DNA of 63,253 nt, the filler included, from Intoshia linei (taxonomy: Eukaryota; Animalia; Orthonectida): the NCBI GenBank assembly GCA_001642005.1. It is 3 parts of 3 records of this genome, joined end to end, with 100 filler letters (N's around TTAATTAATTAA, not from the genome) between each part and the next. Parts side by side here need not be neighbours in the genome. Positions count along the whole stretch, not along the records: positions 39,694 to 63,253 come from LWCA01000557.1; 2 more parts are not named here. One strand, written 5' to 3'. This document shows positions 54,001 to 63,253 of the stretch, in pieces (within the stretch, counting starts at the first letter, position 1; the number at the start of each line of letters is the position of its first letter). Position numbers and translations under genes: made by a program. The notes under the pieces are model-generated. The model worked only from the letters and a program-made list of their open reading frames with translations. It was not told the origin of the DNA and did no database searches.

Positions 54001-56411
54001 TAATACCTATTTTCAATACTCAATAACAAAAACCTCAAATATTCTTTTTTTATAAATCAAAAAGTCTTAGAATTATAAAAATACACAATCTGATAAAGAT
54101 TTTAAAATCATCAACATGATGCTAGAGCACTTTAGTGTTCATTTTTTTATTTCGAAACTATTTTATTAAAACCAACAATTTGAAATCATTAACGGTCCAA
54201 CTACTAAAAAAAAGATTATTCTGATACAGCTTATTCTAGTTGATATAGATAAAAATTTTGAACCCCAGAAATCTAAGCATTCCCGGTAAAAATTACATTT
54301 AATTTATTATCAACCAATAATATTTCATTCAATTTTTTTATGAACAAATTGGGAAATTAATAATTTAAATTTAAATATTCATTCCAATTTACAAAAAAGT
54401 GGTAATTGACCATATCAATCTCATATATTAATTCCTTTAGTTGTTTAAGCATTAATACTAAATTTCTTATTATTAAAATTTTAAACGTTTAAGATCAACT
54501 GAAATATAACTTTGTTATTATCATTTTAAATTTGTATTTAAATGTTGATAACAACCCTTCACCCAAAAAATGTTTTAAAATGGGCTGAATCCTTTAATTA
54601 TCAATAAAAAGTATTTCTTACTAATTAAAAGAGGATACTGAATATATTTTACCACATTATGATGTCAAAAGAAATCAGTATATGCTATAGATATTCAAAA
54701 ATTGTATTTTTTCTGAGTTTATGTTATTTATGACGATTTTTTAGGGTTGTAACGATAATGAGTATATAAAATATTCATTTTCTACAATCAAAGGTTAATC
54801 CATGGCAGAGCTAGCTACTGTTGGTACGAACTACACAATATTCAAGCTAGTTTTTATTTTTTCATTCTTTATTTATTATATAAGCTAATTTTTTCATTTA
54901 TAAGTTATAATTGCATTAAAAATAAAAATGAATGAATAATTATTCATTATATTAAAATACCTATTAAAAATGAAATCAAAATGATAATCAAAATCAAAAT
55001 CATAATCATAATTTCAACGTAATTATAATTGTAATGCTTTTAATTATTTTATACTTTTTTCTAATTAACAAGTATATTAATTAACAAAATTTTAACAAAA
55101 CAATTTAGTTCAATACCGCGATGTATTTGACAGTTTTAGATTATTATATATTTATTTTTAAAGATATCAAATACCTTTAATCCTCACATATATAAATTAA
55201 TTTAGTTTAAAATGTATGTCTGTCTATATATTTATTTATTTGTTACCATTTATTTAAAAAAAGTAATACGCGTAGATTTTTAAGAATACACGTTTCTAAT
55301 ACAGTTTTTCGAGGGTAATGTTTTATCACAAATTTCATTTTCAGAAAATGAGCCATTCAAGGTACAAACCCCAGTGATTCTTTTTTTAAAAATTCAAAAG
55401 AGTCCTAGAATTATAAAAAATAAAATTTTATTTTTGAGTAATTCAAACGTCCTTAATCCTTTCGCTGTCTGATGCAATTTTATGTACTATCACCACACGT
55501 CTGAAATTTATGTTTTAATTTAAACTTGTATTATTTTTAAATTACCTATGTGAAAATATATGAAAATAAAAGAATAAAGTTTTTCAAAATTATTTTGTGT
55601 ATATCATAGAATACACAGACGTGTGAAGTGAAATTGTTGTGTATAGTATAGAATACACAGACAGTGAAAGAATTAAAACCCAAAATTTTTAAAAATTAAA
55701 AGCTGCCAATGTTTTGTGATTATAAATGAATACTGTTTAACTGTAAAATAACTAAATAGTAGTGATTGGTTTAATACATATAAATTATAATTATACGTAA
55801 CTAATGTAACTTTTATCTTCCATAAATAATCTTTCTACTGTATTATAAATAAAATGCGCTATGAAAATTGAATAAAAGAATTAAAACTACCGAATTAATA
55901 ACGAATGATTAATGAGCTTTGATTAACTCCTATTAGTATGATTTACGAGTCAATGGAGTAATGTATAAAGCCATAAATAAAAATTGAGTAAATCTATTAA
56001 AGTACATTAAAAAAGCATTGAAATTAATTCAAATAAATGTTAATTAACCGATAGAATCATGATGAATAATATTGAACAATATTCACCGATCGGACATAAA
56101 TTAAATCAATTTTTAAGAAGTATACATAGCACTAGATAAATTTCTATTATAATTAACTTAATCAATAAAATGAATCACTTTTTGTCTGTAGTAAATGAAT
56201 CTGACGCATTGTTTTTGAATTAAATTGAGTAGATTGACTCTTAAACATTAAAATATATTATTAAAATACCTAATTTTTTTATGAAATTTTCATTTTGTGT
56301 TGTATAAATATGGTCATCTTGTATGTTGATGAGGGTAGGGTTTGTATTTAAATTAACGGTAAAATCCAATAGACCAATGAAGAGAATTTTAAACAATATT
56401 GTTGTAAACAT
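42016..56411 (-). CDS. UNC5: Netrin receptor UNC5, highly divergent (signal peptide, Ig, Ig, TSP1, TSP1, TM, ZU5-like, UPA-like; no death domain found)
   Basis: Exons 56411-56270 (signal-like), 50722-50548, 50463-50231 (EDVEDYFGENGYWCKCFA), 49939-49836, 49757-49577 (GKYTCVAENIAARR), 48574-48416 and 47554-47390 (TSP1 WSxW), about 46686-46539 (TM), ZU5-like about 44077-43974 (TKLIITPTI..FTLFLPHNA), UPA-like about 42990-42188, last exon 42135-42016. Cytoplasmic exon structure between 44400 and 45750 is not fully resolved. Confidence 0.88.
43062..43868 (+). mobile_element. Complete non-autonomous Helitron (807 bp) in a UNC5 intron
   Basis: A|TC 5' end, CTAG|T 3' end, no TSD, subterminal hairpin TGTAC-GTA-GTACA shortly before CTAG. 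Confidence 0.85.
46784..47215 (+). mobile_element. Helitron family copy (5' part) in a UNC5 intron
   Basis: A|TCTTTACTTATATAATATGCT start; colinear with the 43062 copy. Another fragment at 47588-47752. Confidence 0.75.
53059..53490 (+). mobile_element. Helitron family copy with an internal ~45-bp tandem duplication and a deletion
   Basis: A|TCCTTACTTATATAATATGCT start; TACCAGTCTTAGAATTTTATAAAGTCCACAT occurs twice. Confidence 0.75.
55457..55672. mobile_element. piggyBac-like MITE
   Basis: TTAA|TCCTTTCGCTGTCTG ... CAGACAGTGAAAGAA|TTAA; subterminal direct repeat ATAGAATACACAGAC. Confidence 0.7.
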
Positions 56412-58230
56412 TAATTAGCAGATATATTGCCAACAATTGAAATTAAACTATTAAAATGATTCATTATAATGAAATTGTAAATTACATGTATTCTACACAT
56501 CCGATTAGTTGTAAAAGAAATTCAAGTAATTATTAAAAAAGGCGGAGACTCAATTTTAGCCAAGCGTATATATTTACTACACGCGTAGGCTAGTCAATTT
56601 TATTTTCCCATTCGATTTACTATGCAGTTGTAGATTTGATAAGGCAGCTCTATTGTTAGTTTGGCTCCATAATTATTCCTATCAATTTACCCATTGTCAT
56701 TTTCTTAGTTGTGTAATTATGAGATGTACAATAATAGGGCATGGATCTATTTATTTCCGCAATTTAACCGTGAAGCACAGTATGTTATTGTTGTTGGTTT
56801 ATTACCCATAGGTGAATGCAATGTATTCAATTTTTTACTAAATGTATGCAATTATTGATAATACACTTTCTTACTGATAAAAATTACTCATACATTATTG
56901 ACTTTGTCATTAAATATAGCAAATTAAAATTAAATTAAAATGCATAAATTACAATTGAAATGGAATTGTTCTATTATTATTATAAACGATTAAAAATATT
57001 CTACAAATAGTTTTAATGGCAAAATGAAATTACAAGATTAATTGATTGTAACAGTACTCATATAAAAAGCATATCAATAGTAATTTTAATGTGTCATATT
57101 CGTTGAATTGTCATTATATATCTTGATTTTAGATGCATTAATTCGTTATTCTGCCTAGTTGTGGGGGAATTGATTTGATTTTAATATAAATTAATGTCTC
57201 CACTTTTATACGATTTAAAATAATAATAAGTTATTAATGTATAAACGTATTTATATTAAATTAAACGTAATATTATTAAATACTTTCTAAAACTGAAAAA
57301 TAAGCTGTCAATTTTCTAATTTAAAATTTACTTTCTTTTCTAAGCCGGTATACACTGACTATGAAATTCATGGGAAATTCAGTTATATCAATAAATGATT
57401 ACATACAGACACATTTTGATTAACCATTTACTTCATATAAGTAAGGATAAATAAAAATACAAAAAATAAATATGTGGAGGAAATGTGGTATCATTTCTAA
57501 AATTAAAAGTTATAAATATAAATTAAATTTTTATATTACATGTATTATAATTGTATATTAGATTTTTCAAATTTTTGACATTTAATTATGGGCACAAGCT
57601 TAATATACACATTAATATATATTATTTAATGAGTATTAATGATTAAACACTTAACAGCTGCCGAAACATTTTATGATTTAGTGGAGTCTATATAATTATG
57701 TTTTGTCATCAAAATTTAAATTAAATTTTAATTATAAATGAACTCTTGTAAAAATATATAAAGGTAGTTTTCGAGAAAAATTGATTTATTTTCATAAAAA
57801 CTAGTTATATCTATCGCTCCACAATATTAATTCCATTACTTACATTTTATATTATTTTTTTAATTGAGAACGTAAAAAACTTTTCCAAATATTATACTAG
57901 GATTGAATTAGAATTAATTATATCTTAATGGTTAGCAAAAAATTTAATATAAACTGATCGGCCCATAGTGAAACAAGTTTGGAACATCTGTTTTAACGTT
58001 TGGTAAAATGAAAAGTAACATTTTTGGGAACAGTGACATGTTTGTACAGTATACGTTTTAATTTAATTTTTTGAGCAGTAAAAATAAATATATATAACGA
58101 GGTTGACCGTTATGTACTACTATTACTATAAATTTTTTTAAATTCTAGGGCTGTTTTCATTAAAAAAAAAAAGGGTAATTTGGGGTTTTGATACTGAAGA
58201 TATATTTTTTAAATAAATATAATATAATAC

Positions 58231-58372
58231 CATAAACGACTAAATCAGGACAACGCAACGCAAAATTGTCAAAAATTTGAACATCATATTCAATAATATT
58301 GGCATGATCCATCCGGATGGTGTTAAAGTAACACAATAAAATACTGATTGTTAGACAGAAAACCTTTGACAT
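58231..58372 (-). CDS. Candidate signal-peptide exon (possible alternative first exon of UNC5)
   Basis: MSKVFCLTISILLCYFNTIRMDHANIIEYDVQIFDNFALRCPDLVVY then a phase-1 G|GTATTA donor; 142 nt. Confidence 0.45.
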
Positions 58373-58592
58373 TATTTATATTTTAAACTAAAATGAATAT
58401 CTAATAAGATTTGAATATAAATAAACATGTAAGTATATACAGCTTCAAACATACAAAATATTTAATATAAATATGTATATATTAATTATATATATTATAA
58501 GTATAAACAGGTGTAGTATTGAAGACTATGATTGTAATTGTAAAACGTGTTGTTAAAGTATTTTGACTAAAAAATTTAATATAAAAATGAAA

Positions 58593-59460
58593 TCCTAATT
58601 TATATAAAAAGTTACGCGATTTTTGTTTGTGTGTGTTCCACTTTATTGAAATAACTACCAATCTTAGAATTTTTTAAAGACAACATTTCAATTACATTTT
58701 TTTCCGGGACGTTTAATAAGATAAATTCCAACCTCCCAATTTCACATCTTACGGGTCAAAAATATATACGCTGATGCGGATTTTAAAATCATAAAAATTA
58801 TTATAAACATTATCATAAATTTAAATTTAAAAAAATTATATCTTCAGGGTCAAAACCAAAATTACTTTTCTTTTTTAATGAAAACAGCCCTAGAATTTCA
58901 AAAAATTTACAGGTGGTGCAGTTATATCATGTTAACACACATAAAAAATTTCAATCCGAGTAAGTGATAATTCACGGTCAAAATTTTAGTATTTATATAA
59001 TTTTTTTTCGAAATATTTTATTAACACAAAAAATGTGAAATAATTAACAGTTCAAAAATTAAAAAAAAAAGGGGATTATAACTAAAACTAATATAGACTC
59101 AATTAGTGCGACGACATACGTATTTTTGAATTTTGAAAAAAAACATGTAGTATTATCTCTATAATGCGCCAGTCATATTACTAAATTTATGATAATATTT
59201 ATGATTTTAAACTCCGTACCAGAGTATTTATTTTTTTAAATTCTCGAATTTGATTTGAAACTTGATTTTCAAAAAAAGGACAATTAGGGTTTTTACCCGT
59301 AAGATGTTACTTTAGGAAATTGAAATTTATTTTGCTAACATCCCCACAAAAAAACTGTTATTGAAATGAGGACCTTATAAAATTCTAAGACTGGTAGTTA
59401 TTAAAGTAAACGGTAACATACACACATAAACAAATATTGCGTAGCATATATAAGTAAGGA
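58593..59460. mobile_element. Two Helitron-family copies in inverted orientation (58593-~59080 plus; ~59180-59460 minus)
   Basis: 5' termini A|TCCTAATTTATATAA (plus) and A|TCCTTACTTATATATGCTACGC (minus). Confidence 0.75.
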
Positions 59461-59487
59461 TAGTAAAATTGTAGTACAAACTTTGTA

Positions 59488-59643
59488 CAGTAAGCTTTGT
59501 CGATAAAAACAGCTTTCAATATTTCCATTGTTTAGTAAATTTTCTGTACTAATGTACTAACATTTTCATTATGCCCTAAACTAATTTTCGGCTCTATCTA
59601 TTAGAAACAACTAAAAAACTGTTCTTATAGACAGAGTTTACTG
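59488..59643. mobile_element. pogo/Tigger-like MITE
   Basis: TA|CAGTAAGCTTTGTCGATAA ... TTATAGACAGAGTTTACTG|TA. Confidence 0.8.
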
Positions 59644-60071
59644 TACCTATAAAATACATCAAGCTATTTGAAAGTATTAATATATGAAATGAAATTTTTG
59701 TAGATATTTAATTAACGCTAATTACTTCAACAAACAACCTTTTTACAAATATAAATTTTCTTATACATTTTTTCAGGTCACTGTCGAAATTGTGGCATCA
59801 TAAAAAATAAATTTAAATCAAATATGTCTGAGTGAAAGAGTGTTAAATCAAAATTAATTAATTAAAAAACATGTAAATAATCAATTTAAAATGTATAGGT
59901 TAATTGTAATTTAATTAATATGGTATTATTTGGAATGTTTAGGACATTTCTATCTTTTTTTAAAAATGCCTAATATATGGTACTTTTATTTTAAAACTTC
60001 AAGTTTTTTAGGTTGCTGTTGATGATACTGCTCATGATTGTAAATGCTATCACAGACTGTATGTTGTATAC

Positions 60072-60259
60072 CAAGGGTTCCCACACTTTTTTCACGGTAA
60101 ATCGGTAATAAATAATAAAATTTATCGCGGACCATTAAATCGAAATGATTCGGCAACATCAAAAATTAATTGATAAAAAACGTAATAAATTGACTTGTAA
60201 TTAGTAAAAATTTTTCACGTATCAGTACTGGTCGGCGGACTGGCATTTGAGAAACGCTA
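60072..60259. mobile_element. hAT (Charlie-like) MITE
   Basis: CAAGGGTTCCCACA ... TTTGAGAAACGCTA termini with 8-bp TSD TTGTATAC/TTGTATAT; related 5' ends near 6015 and 6826. Confidence 0.7.
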
Positions 60260-62744
60260 TTGTATATAATTATATATATCACTTTTTCATTTTTAAAATA
60301 GATTTATTTTGGGTTTTGACGACGAAGATGTAAGGTTCTGATGTTGCGATTTACGATAATGTTAATTGTTTTAAAACCTGTTCAATAATGAATGTTTTGT
60401 AAAATTTCTATTTCTATTTCCAATTCCTGTGGTTTGTTATAAATTTTTTAGAAGAATTTATTTGATCATCAAGGGGACTAAGGTATGGAAAATTTTTTAA
60501 TCGAAATAAATAGCATTATACCTAACTTATATGGTTACCGTTGTATGTCTACAACAGGGTTTCTCGACCTTTTCGAAGCTATACATCCTTCTTTACTAAT
60601 TTTTTCAGAAATAATTACTGATGATTAAATAATGATGCATTTTAGCACTTATAGATTTTTTCGATTCTTCTACAATTTTATATACTCAATTTTAATATTT
60701 ACATTATTTAAAAAAATATATATAAAATTTTTTGTGGCCCCTCCTTGATTTTTGGTGGCCCATAGGGGCCACATGTCTCCCGTTAGTAAACCCTGGTCTA
60801 CAGTAGACCAAAATTATAGTTAGTCTCAAAAATGTTGAATTAGAGCAGTTTTTTGCAACCAGCGGTAAATTTAAAAATTTTTTATGTTTATAAGGGGTCG
60901 CGAACACAATAAGGTTGAAAACCACTGAACTAGAGACTCTATTAGAGAGAAAATACGATATTTGGCACACCACCAAATTTAATGTAAAGTTTTAATAAAC
61001 TTGATTATCTACAGATTTATTACAATTTTGGAAACTTTATATCGCAACAAATTGAATGTATACAGCAGGAGGGCAACCAGTGGCCCACAGAATAATTTTG
61101 TTGGCCCTTTGAGTAAATATATAAATTATTTATTTTTAAATTTTCATCTTTTAAACAGTGGTTTAAACATTTTCTACTACATTGGCTCATTCTTATCATT
61201 TTAATACTGAATAATTTTGTTATTAACGACGTTTGTAAAAATAACACCAATTTAAAAGTGATTTGATTTGGAATAATTGAATTTTTAGTTGGTAAAATTA
61301 AAAATTTTGATACAATTAATGCATTTAATAACGGTTAAAAATAAAAATCTCAAAATTTCCGTACTGGGCAGAGCTAGCTACTGTTTTTAAATGTTTATAA
61401 ATTAATATTCTCTAAAATAGACTATCATACAAAAACCTTACAGTTTATAAGTTTTTACTAATCAACTAAAAAAGTAACATTTTCGATTATCTTAGATAAA
61501 CTGACAACCACCAACATTTAAATTAACAATATACCTAACAAGAATATGAATAATGGATTGAATAGTCATGTTTTTAAATAATTAATCATAACATGTATTA
61601 CTTTAGTTTGCATATCTACAATGTAGATTCTACATGTAATGTTTTTTAAATTATGGATATTAGAAATTAAAATTAAAAAAAAAAAAGAAATTGAAATTAT
61701 TTATTTTGTTTAAATTTAAAAAATGCATCCGTCCCATTTCTGATGTACACTACAATCAACTAATTAATTAAATTTGATGTAATTTAATAAACAATATTGA
61801 TTAAATTAAAAAATAATATTTATCAATATGTCAATATGTCAATAACGGTGGTCCACATACATGTTTATTAATAATACCTAATCAATATAATTAACCAACG
61901 GCATTTATTGATATTTAAATTTTATTAAATTAATAAAAGTATTTATAGATTATATAAAAAGTAATGTGAATAGCATTATTTATTAGAAAATATTAAAATA
62001 ATCCTTCAACTAAACGCATCCTTTTATTTTAGGAATTATTGTTTATTATGAATATTCATTTTTTAATTTAATTTGGATAATCGCATTAAATTAAAGATTA
62101 AAGTATTGTATAAAATATGATAAAAAATAATATATAATTATAAGTAAAATTTTGCATCATATTTACATAATTCTTAAATTATATAAATCAAACCTGACAG
62201 GAAACAAAATATCAAATGTAATTTAATTATCATGCAAATGTCAATCATTGTGACAGTTATTTATTTAAATTGATTTAAATGCGAGCCTGACGCATTAAAC
62301 TGACTCGGAGTGACGCAACAAATTTAAGATAAACTGTTTAAATGGATGGCATAAAATTTAAATGTACTAGTCTATCAATGTACAATTTGTAAGATTAATT
62401 TGATATTCACAGTTGCCTCATTTATATAATGGCATTGACTTATGACTCTAAAACTCAATAAAGCATTATAATTCTTGTTAATATTGAATTAAGTCATTTT
62501 AGATATTAAATTAACATGGACAATAAAAACCATTAACTACATTTTGACATTTCAATCAAAGAATTATTTTGATACGTCAATTTTAAATACACATCAAATT
62601 AATTCAAACAATTATTCTGTTTATGTTCAGTTTTATCAACATTTAAAAGCAAATCCAGCGAATTACTAAAAGTAACACAACTTTGTTATTATTATTTTTA
62701 TATTTATTACAATATTTTGCAATATTGGTAAAATTCACCTGAAA

Positions 62745-63253
62745 TCCTTACTTATATAATATGCTACGCAATTTTTGTTTGTGTGTGTGTTCCACTTTAT
62801 TCAAATAACTACCCATCTTAGAATTTTATAAAGTCCACATTTCAATTACAGTTTTTTCCGAGTGTTAGCAAAATAAATTTTAACCTCCCAAACTCACATC
62901 TTACGGGTCAAAAAGACCAATTGTCCTTAGTGCTCTTAATCTACAATATAGATTATATATTGACTAGCTTGGCAGTTTTGTACTACGTACAAACAGCACC
63001 TAGCTCTGCCGAGAGCACTTTTTTATTATACCAAAAAAATAAATTCACGTTGAAAATCTAACTTAAAAATCCACTATTCACTATTATCCATAAACAAGTG
63101 GTTCCCAAACTTGTTTCAGGTGGAACCATCATATGACATTACTATTGAAAATCTAACTTAAAAATCCTACTATTCACTATTATCAATTCTTTAAAGGATA
63201 AATTTGTTTCAGGTGGAACCGTCATATCACATTATTTTTTACTTTAAAGTGAA
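62745..63253. mobile_element. Helitron 5' part (62745-~62930, plus) followed by a Helitron 3' part (62964 to window end, minus)
   Basis: A|TCCTTACTTATATAATATGCTACGC; minus strand reads GGCAGAGCTAGGTGCTGTTTGTAC-GTA-GTACAAAACTGCCAAGCTAG|T. Confidence 0.8.

Noticed and set aside
1-63253. CRISPR arrays, prokaryotic operons, rRNA or tRNA genes, alternative genetic code
   Set aside because: Sequence is intron-containing eukaryotic DNA; repeats are dispersed transposons; conserved genes translate cleanly with the standard code; no RNA-gene signature seen by eye.

Overview
Very AT-rich animal nuclear DNA with many 32-52 nt GT-AG introns, fast-evolving genes and a heavy load of degraded DNA transposons. 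The features fit a genome-reduced bilaterian such as the orthonectid Intoshia, but that is an unverified inference. The window is three contigs (1-15486, 15587-39593, 39694-63253) joined by two artificial 100-nt spacers (N44-TTAATTAATTAA-N44). Genes reconstructed by hand-splicing: BAZ2/Toutatis (+), 3' end of RBM26/27 (-), a zinc-finger protein ending in a TSC22 box (-), a long TSC22/bunched protein (-), SF3B5 (+, absent from the ORF track), ATAD3 (-), 3' end of PMPCA (-), a divergent UNC5 (-) and two spliced orphan genes. Mobile DNA: a multi-copy non-autonomous Helitron family (one complete copy), pogo/Tigger, Tc1 DD34E, TRT-like DD37E, Merlin, several hAT elements and piggyBac-like MITEs. 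Best candidates for novelty: (1) a tandem TSC22 pair in which one copy has zinc fingers in place of the usual N-terminus; (2) UNC5 apparently lacking its death domain and with two equal-length candidate signal-peptide exons; (3) a BAZ2 bromodomain with His at the acetyl-lysine-anchoring Asn; (4) a TRT-like transposon. Family assignments rest on motifs recalled from memory; no searches were run.
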